Of a stretch of DNA of 64,000 nucleotides, positions 7,927-16,718 are shown piece by piece (the stretch's first letter is position 1; each line of letters begins with the position of its first letter). A program made the position numbers and the translations under genes. Source of the DNA: a virus. Lineage: Duplodnaviria; Caudoviricetes. Below the pieces are notes generated by a model. The model saw nothing but the letters and a program-made list of their open reading frames with translations, did not search any database and was not told the origin of the DNA. The stretch covers positions 18,049-82,048 of IMG/VR virus record IMGVR_UViG_3300033066_001278. One strand, 5' to 3'.

Positions 7927-9388
7927 AACCTTTTTCTGAAGAATATACTTTTCTTCTTATTAAAGAGTGATTTTTTAAAAATGTTGCATTGTCATGAAAA
8001 TCAATAACAATAGCATTTGTTTTACCTGGAGCTTTTCTAATACATCTACCTATTCTTTGCAAAGCCTTAGACGTACTTTTACCACCACCAGCTAAAACCA
8101 TCATTGATATTGTAGGAATATCAACTCCAATATCAAAAATTGAAGAAGCAAGAATGCAGTTAATTTCTTTCTTTAAGAAAGCTTCTTTAACTTCCGCCCT
8201 CTCCTCACTTGTATTATTACCATCCAGAAGTGCGCAGTCAATTTCTTTTTTTAGTCTGTCAAATAAAATAACTCCGTGAGCGCGTCTCTTAAACAATATT
8301 AAGCATTGGTAGCCCTTTTTAATACCATTAAGTGTATTTTTAACAATCAAATCGTTCCTATCGTCGTTTTCTACGATGTACGTTTTATAAATTGTTTGAT
8401 AGTTCTTAGGTATCTTTGTAGGATAGGCTGGGACGTCAACGAATCTAATAAATGGTTTGGCAAGAACATCTCTTTCTATTAAATCTGAAGCTGATACGTT
8501 AGCAATATATCTACCAAGAATTCCTTCTATTAAAAGATCTGAATTATCATCTCTCCAAGGAGTTCCTGATAATCCATAAATCCATTGAGCATTGCAATTT
8601 TTGTATATAGATTGAATTGTATCACACGAAGCCATATGACATTCATCTAAAATATGAAGCTCTGTATCTTTTATTAAGCGTAATAGATCTTTATACTTTG
8701 TTTTAGACAAAGCCTTTTCTTCATCCTCATCTTCAGAGTCTATTAAGATATTTTTAGTTAAACCAATGGCAGGTCCAAATGACCAAACAGACGCAATATT
8801 AAATTTCTTAATATCACACTTGCCATCACCAATAATACCTACAGATTCTTTTCCAAAGATATCTACAAACAAATTATAAAACTGATATAATAAATCTTTT
8901 CCAATTACATAAATAATAGTTTTGGTATTTTTATCAGCTGTTATAAGTGCAGCAAGCAAAGATTTGCCCGCCCCAGTACATAAACGTAATATACCTCTAT
9001 CATTTGTTTGTGTAGCTTGCAAAGAACTTATTTGATAATCTCTTGGAGTTAAATTTAGTTCTTTTAACTTTTCAGAAATATCTAGTGGATCATTCTTTTC
9101 TGGTTTATCTCTTAAGTCTTCTATTTCTAGATCAAGACCTTTGTTTTTATAAAACTCTTTAAGTTTATCAACTAAGCCAGTTGGAAACATTCCTTTAGAA
9201 GTTAGTATTCTATGAATACCATCCCACTTTTCAAATTGTTTTGTTTTATAATTATACCAACCTTGGTAGGCTTTAGTATATTCTGCTCCAGCAACAGCAA
9301 ATGATAATAAGCCATCTATTTCTTTTATTAGCTTATGATCTTCTTCAAAAAGTTGCGCGTTATTTCCATGTATTTTTATTAAAGACAT
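7913..9388 (-). CDS. Superfamily 2 DExH helicase (UvsW/ResIII-like)
   Basis: Q-motif PRDYQ, Walker A CTGAGKS, ILDECH, GLSGTP, FDIGVDIP, motif VI QRIGRCIR. Confidence 0.92.
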   Translation of the reverse strand: MSLIKIHGNNAQLFEEDHKLIKEIDGLLSFAVAGAEYTKAYQGWYNYKTKQFEKWDGIHRILTSKGMFPTGLVDKLKEFYKNKGLDLEIEDLRDKPEKNDPLDISEKLKELNLTPRDYQISSLQATQTNDRGILRLCTGAGKSLLAALITADKNTKTIIYVIGKDLLYQFYNLFVDIFGKESVGIIGDGKCDIKKFNIASVWSFGPAIGLTKNILIDSEDEDEEKALSKTKYKDLLRLIKDTELHILDECHMASCDTIQSIYKNCNAQWIYGLSGTPWRDDNSDLLIEGILGRYIANVSASDLIERDVLAKPFIRFVDVPAYPTKIPKNYQTIYKTYIVENDDRNDLIVKNTLNGIKKGYQCLILFKRRAHGVILFDRLKKEIDCALLDGNNTSEERAEVKEAFLKKEINCILASSIFDIGVDIPTISMMVLAGGGKSTSKALQRIGRCIRKAPGKTNAIVIDFHDNATFLKNHSLIRRKVYSSEKGFDVK

Positions 9389-9429
9389 ACTTCTCTCTTT
9401 TGAGAGATATATCTTTATATTGTGTTGTT

Positions 9430-9981
9430 TTAGCTATTAAGCATCATTAGTTTTTTATAATAATCTGGCATTTCAAGAAAATTGGCCTCTTCAACATTTG
9501 ACATATAAGCAACAATTCTCACTAGGATTTCTTCAATTAATTTGGGACTAAACACTAAACCCAATTCAAATCTAATATCATGTAATATGATATTCATTTT
9601 ATCATTATTAAATTTAGGATGATAAATGGATTGAACTTCTTCATAGCATTCAGGCATTTCCCAGAATGAATAATTTTCATATACTTCATCTATTGTAATA
9701 GAATAAACAAAATTAACATTATTAATGTAGCAAACATTAATATATAATCTATGATAAGAAGATTTAATAATATCTATAGAATTACAATGTTGAATTTTGC
9801 CTTTTAAAATATCATTATGATCTCTTAAATTAAATGAAGCAAAATGATCTTTATTATTACTAGATTTAAATAATGCTAAAACCATATCATTTGAAAATTT
9901 TGAAAAATCTAGATTATTTTTAATAAGAAACTTTTGAAATTTCTTAGAAGGCTGAAATTCTATTAGTTTATTATTTTCCAT
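9430..9981 (-). CDS. Hypothetical protein, member of a 4-gene paralog array
   Basis: C-terminal MPDYYKKLMMLNS; similar C-terminal helical region to its neighbours. Confidence 0.75.
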   Translation of the reverse strand: MENNKLIEFQPSKKFQKFLIKNNLDFSKFSNDMVLALFKSSNNKDHFASFNLRDHNDILKGKIQHCNSIDIIKSSYHRLYINVCYINNVNFVYSITIDEVYENYSFWEMPECYEEVQSIYHPKFNNDKMNIILHDIRFELGLVFSPKLIEEILVRIVAYMSNVEEANFLEMPDYYKKLMMLNS

Positions 9982-10433
9982 TAGCTAACCATTAATAACT
10001 TTCTAAAATATTTTAGAGACTTAGGAATTTTTGTCCAAGCTACAGCACCATTTTTAGATTTATAAAAAGTTTTAATAAATTGTGCGGATATTTCTTTCTC
10101 TACAATTTCAGCATTTTCTTTCCCAAATATTTTAATTAATTGTGGTTTAAAATTAATTAAATAAGCTTTCCCATAATATGATTTTCGTGTTCCTATTTGT
10201 AAATCATATTGTACATTTATATTTGCATTATTATATTTTATATTATCAAAATATAATCTAACATATATTGTCCCAATACCATATTTCTTAGGAATTTTAT
10301 TTTTCCCATTTATTATTGGTAACAAACAATAATCTTTAATATCTGTCAATAAACGACTTTCTGCATGTTTTAAACTAACATTATTTTCTTTGAGCCATTT
10401 TTTAAATTCATCTGTAAATTGAATAATTTTCAT
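9981..10433 (-). CDS. Hypothetical protein, member of a 4-gene paralog array
   Basis: C-terminal IPKSLKYFRKLLMVS. Confidence 0.75.
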   Translation of the reverse strand: MKIIQFTDEFKKWLKENNVSLKHAESRLLTDIKDYCLLPIINGKNKIPKKYGIGTIYVRLYFDNIKYNNANINVQYDLQIGTRKSYYGKAYLINFKPQLIKIFGKENAEIVEKEISAQFIKTFYKSKNGAVAWTKIPKSLKYFRKLLMVS

Positions 10434-10434
10434 A

Positions 10435-11070
10435 TTATCCTAATAGTAAAAAGTACTTTTTATAACGTTGAGGTATTTTAGTAGATTTGGTTATCCTAAA
10501 CTCTTTAATAATTTTCTTAAATACCCTTCCTTCAAATTTTTTTATTTCTTTTTCAGAAAATCCTTTATTTTCTAAATCTTTAGAGAAATCTAATATTGAA
10601 ACAAGCCTACCACCATCAGTTTTGGCGCAAATAGTTGTTCCTTTGATTTCATATATAAAATCATCATGAGATTCATAAAATAAATCTTTGCCTTTTATGG
10701 CAGCAATTGTAAAATCAATATGAAGTTCTGTGGGTTGTTTATAAACATATACAAGAGAACTTTTAAAGTTCCATTCATTTTTATCAAAACCTTCTATTAT
10801 TAGATAATCATTTAATAATTTTTCTATATTTTCATCAGTCGCTTTAACGTCATTTTCTTCAAGAAAATTCTTAATTTTATCTCTATTCATTTTAAGAATT
10901 TCTTTAGTGGAAAGCGTTGTTTTAATTTTGGCTAAATCATTTTGATACTCATTTAATTCAAGTGTTAAAGATTTTATTTCTTTTTGAATATCTTTAATTG
11001 TTCCTTCAATTTCTTTACGCTCATCTTCAAAATCACTGGCCATATCTTTTTCATATTGAGTGTATTTCAT
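10435..11070 (-). CDS. Hypothetical coiled-coil protein, member of the paralog array
   Basis: N-terminal heptads; C-terminal DFSKDL..GFSEKEI..FE.R...IPQRYKKYFLLLG. Confidence 0.78.
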   Translation of the reverse strand: MKYTQYEKDMASDFEDERKEIEGTIKDIQKEIKSLTLELNEYQNDLAKIKTTLSTKEILKMNRDKIKNFLEENDVKATDENIEKLLNDYLIIEGFDKNEWNFKSSLVYVYKQPTELHIDFTIAAIKGKDLFYESHDDFIYEIKGTTICAKTDGGRLVSILDFSKDLENKGFSEKEIKKFEGRVFKKIIKEFRITKSTKIPQRYKKYFLLLG

Positions 11071-11083
11071 TTTTTTTCCTTAA

Positions 11084-11728
11084 TCATAATAGTAAAAAGT
11101 ATTTTTTCATATACTCTGGATATTTAACTTTTTTGGGCAAATTGCTAAAATCTATTGATTTTACTATTCTTTTTTCAAAATTTTGAATTTGTTTTTCTGT
11201 AAACTTTAAATCTCTTAACTTTTTTCTAAAATCAGAAATTTCTGTATTTTTACCAGCCCTAGTTGAACTTAAAATAGGCACAGTATATTGTATAAATACT
11301 TTTGAATGTTTATCACTAAATAAATTTATTATTAAATAACCATAATTATCATACATAATAATATCAGTAGTATATTTATCTTTTGTAATATCTAATTTTG
11401 TAGCTTCTACAGAATAATTAACTGATTTTCTAGATAAATAATATAAAAATGCTGGTAAAAATTCAGAATCACAACCAAAATAATTAAAAATTTCTGTATA
11501 TTTTTTTACTTCAGAATTATATTTTTTATCTATTTCTTTTAAATCTTTTTTTATTTTGGCTTGATATACGGGATCTGTTATTTCAGATATTGATTTTTTA
11601 ATATCTTTAATATTATTAATATAATATTCAGCTTCTTTTAATTGTTCTTTTAAATAAGAAAGTTTCCTTTTTGATTTAAAGAGTAATTTTTCTTTTGTTT
11701 CTAATAAATCTTGTAATTGTTTAGACAT
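11084..11728 (-). CDS. Hypothetical coiled-coil protein, member of the paralog array (start moved to ATG 11728)
   Basis: C-terminal DFRKKL..KFTEKQI..FE.R...YPEYMKKYFLLL. The track start at 11761 lies inside a terminator hairpin. Confidence 0.75.
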   Translation of the reverse strand: MSKQLQDLLETKEKLLFKSKRKLSYLKEQLKEAEYYINNIKDIKKSISEITDPVYQAKIKKDLKEIDKKYNSEVKKYTEIFNYFGCDSEFLPAFLYYLSRKSVNYSVEATKLDITKDKYTTDIIMYDNYGYLIINLFSDKHSKVFIQYTVPILSSTRAGKNTEISDFRKKLRDLKFTEKQIQNFEKRIVKSIDFSNLPKKVKYPEYMKKYFLLL

Positions 11729-11740
11729 TATATCCCTAAA

Positions 11741-11770
11741 TAAAAAAGGAGATACTTTCATATCTCCTTT
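11741..11770 (-). terminator. Intrinsic terminator downstream of the tubulin gene
   Basis: Minus strand AAAGGAGATA-TGAAAG-TATCTCCTTT (perfect 10-bp stem) running into TTTTTT. Confidence 0.75.
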
Positions 11771-11788
11771 AAATAAATTGTTATTTTT

Positions 11789-13117
11789 TTATTTTCTTCT
11801 ATCTAAATTACCTTTAAGCAATTTAGCAAATGGAGATTTGGAAGCTTCAATTTTTTGTTTGATTTTTTGAGCTTCTGATATTGTTGATTCAACTCCCGTA
11901 TCAAGATGTAAAGATAAATTGCGTTGTACATCCTTGTCTTTAATTTGATTCATACGTTCTTTGGCTTCTTGTTTAAGTTGATCTATTCTCTCTGTGGGGA
12001 GTCCAAGACCTGAGAACATAAAATATACTTTAACAACATCTCTGTTGGATGGCACAGTGTATATGCCTTTATAAATACCTTTGGGCGTTGAGCAGCGCTC
12101 TTGTACCATACTCATCGCATAGTTAACTGCAACTGACGGGAGCTTGTTTAAAGTTTTTTCGCTAGCTGCCACCATTACGCCAGCATATCTAGTTTGTTTT
12201 AGATCAAAACCATTAGCTAGAGTGGTATTATCTAAGTTTTCTATAATAGCGGAAGCTAAAGCTTCAGGCTCATTATAATTTTCAACTTCAAAATCACCAT
12301 AAACAGATAAACCCTCTCCATCAATTAATAGTTTTGAAAACTCAGCAGTATCTAGCGCTTTAACTGATGATGGTTGACTTGACAATGTATTAAATGCATC
12401 AAAGATATCAGCAATCTTTTGGTTAGCTGAGCTATAGAAGTTTAATTGTGAAACATCTTGTAGAATAACTTCAAGCTTAGCATTATCTACTACAATTAGA
12501 TTATGTAGTTTCTTTGTTTGTAAGAATTTAGTTAGTTTAGAAAGAGTTTCTAAAGCATTATGTTTTGTTTGAGCGTCTTCGCTATCCATTGGAAGGGCTA
12601 CAATGGCTATTAGTGGTTTGCCTGTTTGAGAAAGTAATTCAATTAATACTTCGCTTGAACCTGCGCCTGAACCGCCACCTAAAGCAAAGGTTAGTAAATG
12701 AACTTGACAATCGCCAAGCTTATCATTTACTAAACCTAGTATTTCATTTGTAAATGTTTCAGCGGCTGATTTACCTAATGATAGATCTTTAGCTGCTCCA
12801 GCAATTCCATAGTCTAGCAATAGTTTATTACTATCTGGCAAATCAATATGTTTTAAATCTTGATGAGCTGTATTTAATACAATTGCATCATATCCTAATT
12901 TATAGAATGATTCAGCTATTTTACTACCAGCTTGTCCAGATCCAACTACACCAATTGACAATGACCTTTCTTTTTTTGAAACTATTTTGGCTGCCATTTG
13001 AGCATCTTTGCTTTTTTGATTTAGTTTTTCTTTTAGTTTAGTTAATGTTTCATCTTCCATAGAAACATCATCTTTTAGAACTTCTTGCCCTTGTTCTTCT
13101 TTTACAGTTACAGACAT
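11789..13117 (-). CDS. Tubulin/FtsZ-family GTPase (PhuZ/TubZ-like)
   Basis: T1 loop GVVGSGQAGSKIA, T2 VLNT, signature GGGSGAG, VALP...E, VVDN, T7-like ALDTAEF; C-terminal coiled-coil tail. Confidence 0.93.
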   Translation of the reverse strand: MSVTVKEEQGQEVLKDDVSMEDETLTKLKEKLNQKSKDAQMAAKIVSKKERSLSIGVVGSGQAGSKIAESFYKLGYDAIVLNTAHQDLKHIDLPDSNKLLLDYGIAGAAKDLSLGKSAAETFTNEILGLVNDKLGDCQVHLLTFALGGGSGAGSSEVLIELLSQTGKPLIAIVALPMDSEDAQTKHNALETLSKLTKFLQTKKLHNLIVVDNAKLEVILQDVSQLNFYSSANQKIADIFDAFNTLSSQPSSVKALDTAEFSKLLIDGEGLSVYGDFEVENYNEPEALASAIIENLDNTTLANGFDLKQTRYAGVMVAASEKTLNKLPSVAVNYAMSMVQERCSTPKGIYKGIYTVPSNRDVVKVYFMFSGLGLPTERIDQLKQEAKERMNQIKDKDVQRNLSLHLDTGVESTISEAQKIKQKIEASKSPFAKLLKGNLDRRK

Positions 13118-13134
13118 ATTTTCTCCGTATTTAA

Positions 13135-13142
13135 TATATAAC
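13135..13142 (-). promoter_or_regulatory. Putative late-promoter motif GTTATATA upstream of the tubulin gene
   Basis: Motif, then TTAAAT, then ACGGAG (SD) and ATG. Confidence 0.55.
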
Positions 13143-13148
13143 CATCAA

Positions 13149-14108
13149 TTATTTAAACCACCATTTATTTGCTAAATACCAGTTTACAGTTTTCTTAATT
13201 CCATCTTTAAATTTTACTGATGGCTCCCATCCAAGATCTTTTAACTTAGTAGAATCAACGCTATATCTAAAATCATGGCCTGGCCTATCTTCTACATAGG
13301 ATATTAGATTGAACCCTTGACTCATAGTTGAGCAGATACTACTAATCACATCCATATTTGTAAATTCTTGATTAGCAGAGATATTATAAACTGAATTTAA
13401 TTCACCTTTATCTATAATACATTCCAGAGCGGAACAATTATCATTAACATAAAGCCAGTCTCTTATTTGATTACCTAAACCATATACTGGGATCTTTTTA
13501 TCATTTAAAATTGCGTCAACTACTTTAGGTATAAGTTTTTCTTTATCTTGTCTTGGTCCATAATTATTACAACAACGAGTAATAATATAGTCTAATCCAA
13601 AAGAATTATGAGCGGCTTTTACGGCTAGTTCAGCTGAAGCTTTAGAAGCAGAATAAGGATTCTTTGGATTTAGAGAACTTTCTTCTGTCCAAGAAGGATC
13701 AGTTTCATTTAAAGCACCATAGACTTCATCTGTAGATATATAAATAAATTTCTTAATACCAAATTTCAAAGAGCTATTAATTACATTTTGAGTGCCAACA
13801 ACATTAGTTAACATATGCTGACTTGGATTTTGTAATGAATCATCAACAAACGTATGAGCTGCTGCATGAATAACTATTTCAGGTCTAGTAAGCTCAAATA
13901 TTCTATCTAATACATGTTGATCACAAATATCAGCTATATAAAATTGGTTAGATTTATTGTAATAAATATTATTTAATACTGATGACTTAATACATTTATC
14001 TAAACCTATCACTTCATATTTATTTTTGTGTTCATAAGTTAAATATCTAACAAAGTTAGAATATATAAAACCACCAGAGCCAGTTATTAAAATTTTTACT
14101 CTATTCAT
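13149..14108 (-). CDS. rfbB: dTDP-glucose 4,6-dehydratase (RfbB/RmlB family)
   Basis: ITGSGGFIYSN, HAAAHTFVDDS, STDEVYG, YSASK, TRCCNNYGPRQ, NQIRDWLYV, DRPGHDFRY. Confidence 0.92.
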   Translation of the reverse strand: MNRVKILITGSGGFIYSNFVRYLTYEHKNKYEVIGLDKCIKSSVLNNIYYNKSNQFYIADICDQHVLDRIFELTRPEIVIHAAAHTFVDDSLQNPSQHMLTNVVGTQNVINSSLKFGIKKFIYISTDEVYGALNETDPSWTEESSLNPKNPYSASKASAELAVKAAHNSFGLDYIITRCCNNYGPRQDKEKLIPKVVDAILNDKKIPVYGLGNQIRDWLYVNDNCSALECIIDKGELNSVYNISANQEFTNMDVISSICSTMSQGFNLISYVEDRPGHDFRYSVDSTKLKDLGWEPSVKFKDGIKKTVNWYLANKWWFK

Positions 14109-14935
14109 TCTACCACATTAAAATTTGGATTCTTTTGATACTCTTTTACTAAACCAGGATTAATTACCTTAGTCCAATCTCTCTTAAAGAGATCTGCATT
14201 TTTTTGGAAAAATAATTTATTAACTGGGTTCTTTTTAAGAGAGGCACTCTCATCATGAGAGATTGATGTTTCACCACAATATACTACGGGATTTTTTAAA
14301 TTAAATGTTATTCTCATGCAACAATCAACATCATCAAAGGCCCAATGATAATTTTCATTGAACCCTTTAATTCCTGATGTATTTTTATCATACACATTCA
14401 TTATAACGCTACCAGGAAATAAAGTAATTGCTCCAGTAACTACTGGAAAATATCTATTTCTTCTATCTTGTTTAGATTCTTGTTCATTTAGTCTATAGTG
14501 AAATGGTAATCTAATATCACTAAACAAAACTCCTGCATGTTGTATCTTGGTAGTATTAGTATAATTTAACTTGGCTCCAACTGCACCCGCGCCCGTTTTT
14601 TGTTGCAGTTGAATCATTTTTGCAATACTAGTTGAGTCATTAAATGTGATATCATTATTTAATGTCATCACATAATCATTGTCTTTAGCGCCGCTTTCTT
14701 TTATTAAGAAATTCATGCCCTTAGAATAATTATCATTATTATGAGGATATTTGTGTAAGACCACATTATCATCTTTCCAAGATTCAATCAATTCAATTGA
14801 ACCATCAGTAGAGGCGTTATCCTTGATATGCCAACGTACAGGAATATTTAGATTTTTAATGTTATTAAGTAAAGATGGATAGAGCCTCTCTAATTTTTCT
14901 TTACCTTGCCAATTTAAAGTAATAATGTGTAACAT
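14105..14935 (-). CDS. GT-A fold family 2 glycosyltransferase
   Basis: DNASTDGS, TLNNDI, GAVGAKL, FDDVDCC, HDESAS. Confidence 0.88.
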   Translation of the reverse strand: MLHIITLNWQGKEKLERLYPSLLNNIKNLNIPVRWHIKDNASTDGSIELIESWKDDNVVLHKYPHNNDNYSKGMNFLIKESGAKDNDYVMTLNNDITFNDSTSIAKMIQLQQKTGAGAVGAKLNYTNTTKIQHAGVLFSDIRLPFHYRLNEQESKQDRRNRYFPVVTGAITLFPGSVIMNVYDKNTSGIKGFNENYHWAFDDVDCCMRITFNLKNPVVYCGETSISHDESASLKKNPVNKLFFQKNADLFKRDWTKVINPGLVKEYQKNPNFNVVE

Positions 14936-14942
14936 CGCTTAT

Positions 14943-14950
14943 TATATAAC
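14943..14950 (-). promoter_or_regulatory. Putative late-promoter motif GTTATATA, 7 nt before the GT2 start (no SD)
   Basis: GTTATATA-ATAAGCG-ATG. Confidence 0.5.
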
Positions 14951-15027
14951 CCGACAATATGGGGTGTATACAATTTAGTTGTTTTTATTGCTGAGTCAAG
15001 TTGTTTTTATAATATACTTAAAACAAC

Positions 15028-16014
15028 TTATAGAGACACTCTAACACCAATACCAACTGAATATCCTGTCAATGATTTTGTAACTATAGGTCCCATATAA
15101 AAATTACTCATTAATGGAATGTGTTTTCCCAAATTATATTGGAATGGTGATAATGTAATTTGTGGCTCACCAAGTAGTGGATTATAACCTATACCAACTT
15201 GCAAAAAAGAAGCTGTAATATTGGTTTTAGATTTACCATAAGTTATAAACCCAAAATTTATAGATGGTCCTAAATATGGGGAGTTATAAGTAAATGTTTG
15301 TCCAAAGTCAGCACCTAGATATAATTTAGGATTCCACCAATAAATCTTTGGGTCAACTACTATTTGTTGAGTTTCTGATTTATCAACTGTAATTGGATAT
15401 TCTTTACCATCAGACACTATTGAGAATTTAGTATAAGTAACTTGCTGACCTTCTTCATTTTCACCAGTTACAGTTACACTTTTATATTTACGCTCATATG
15501 TTTTTAATTCCCAAGGAGTTTTACTCCAAGCTGAGAATCCAACCTCTCCCCATGGAACACTTTGATTTTGAAATTTTTCATTTAAAGCAAAATATTGTTT
15601 TGATTTAGTATATCCATTAATATCTGGTGGACATTCTGGGCAGTCAGCTTTAACTGGTGGAGTTGGGTTTGGATCAGTATGAGTGGTTGGTTGATTATTA
15701 ATATAAATAGGAATGGTTTTTACTTCAGCAACATTAATTGATTTTAATTTTGCATCTAATGAGCCAAGATCTTTTTTAATAGTATCTAAGCTTATATTAT
15801 TATCTTTAGCAAATTTATCTAAATCATCTTTAGAAACATATTTAGATGATGATCTAATAATAGAATCATCTAATTGCTTTTGAGTTATTTGTTTATTCTC
15901 TAGATCTTTTTGGGAATTTAATAATTTAGATTGTTGTCTAAAATTAATTATTAACAATACTATTATAATTCCGCTTAATATATAAAAGCTTATATTTTTA
16001 ATTCTTTCCATCAT
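15028..16014 (-). CDS. Membrane-anchored protein (N-terminal TM, coiled coil, beta-rich C-terminus); spanin-like candidate
   Basis: Hydrophobic ISFYILSGIIIVLLIINF, coiled-coil segment, Pro/Cys linker, terminal beta-strands (YSVGIGVRVSL). Function is inferred only. Confidence 0.6.
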   Translation of the reverse strand: MMERIKNISFYILSGIIIVLLIINFRQQSKLLNSQKDLENKQITQKQLDDSIIRSSSKYVSKDDLDKFAKDNNISLDTIKKDLGSLDAKLKSINVAEVKTIPIYINNQPTTHTDPNPTPPVKADCPECPPDINGYTKSKQYFALNEKFQNQSVPWGEVGFSAWSKTPWELKTYERKYKSVTVTGENEEGQQVTYTKFSIVSDGKEYPITVDKSETQQIVVDPKIYWWNPKLYLGADFGQTFTYNSPYLGPSINFGFITYGKSKTNITASFLQVGIGYNPLLGEPQITLSPFQYNLGKHIPLMSNFYMGPIVTKSLTGYSVGIGVRVSL

Positions 16015-16718
16015 GCAACCACCATTTTAGGAATTTTTTTAGCTCTATCTTTCCAAACATTAGTAAACTTTTCTTTAGCAGATAAATATAAATCCTGTAT
16101 ACCAATTAAGCTTGAAGTTTGTTTACCAAAATGAATAAGCGGTATTTTAACTACTTTAAATGGAATTTGTTTTTCTTTGGCAACAAAAGATAAATATGTA
16201 TCTTCAAAATATGCAAAAGTATCTGTCCAAAATAATTTACCAGGAACAAACTCCACTTTTTGCCAAATTTCTTTACTTGCAGTAATACACCATCCAGACA
16301 TATATGACAATCTTTTGTTTATCAAAGCATTTTCTTCTTTAATAAAAGCAAATGAGTCATCTATTAAACCCATAGTTGGGCCAACTATGGCCTTGCTAGC
16401 ATTAGCTATAATTTCTGTGGTCCACATATTATGCATTTGCTTTACTCTCACATCATTATTTAGAAACATAATGTTTTCTTTAGTAGCAGCAGCATAGCCA
16501 AGATTACATGCATAAGCAAAACCACCATTTATTGGTGAGTTTATAATTTTAATATTCTCTCTATTAAACACAGAAATTAATTCAAGAGTGTTGTCAGTAG
16601 ATGCATTGTTCACAACAATAATTTCATGAGTTTTAACATCTAAATAAGATAAATCTTCTAAAATAGATCTGGTAAAATTAGATTTATTATAGCACGGAAT
16701 AACTATCGTTAAACTCAT
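16011..16718 (-). CDS. GT-A fold family 2 glycosyltransferase
   Basis: TIVIPCYN, VVNNASTD, NGGFAYACNLG, FLNND, AYFED. Confidence 0.9.
   Translation of the reverse strand: MSLTIVIPCYNKSNFTRSILEDLSYLDVKTHEIIVVNNASTDNTLELISVFNRENIKIINSPINGGFAYACNLGYAAATKENIMFLNNDVRVKQMHNMWTTEIIANASKAIVGPTMGLIDDSFAFIKEENALINKRLSYMSGWCITASKEIWQKVEFVPGKLFWTDTFAYFEDTYLSFVAKEKQIPFKVVKIPLIHFGKQTSSLIGIQDLYLSAKEKFTNVWKDRAKKIPKMVVA

Noticed and set aside
11729-11770. AAGGAGATATG as SD plus start at 11761
   Set aside because: The SD-ATG spacing is only 2 nt and the sequence forms the terminator stem; ATG 11728 is more plausible.
11789-13117. Host ftsZ, i.e. a bacterial chromosome or dcw cluster
   Set aside because: No ftsA/ftsQ/mur neighbours, divergent signature and T7 loop, and a fully phage-like context.
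11789-13117. Calling this a nucleus-forming phage
   Set aside because: Tubulin alone is not sufficient; no chimallin or multisubunit RNAP was recognised, and a sigma factor and a sigma70 promoter point to host RNAP use.
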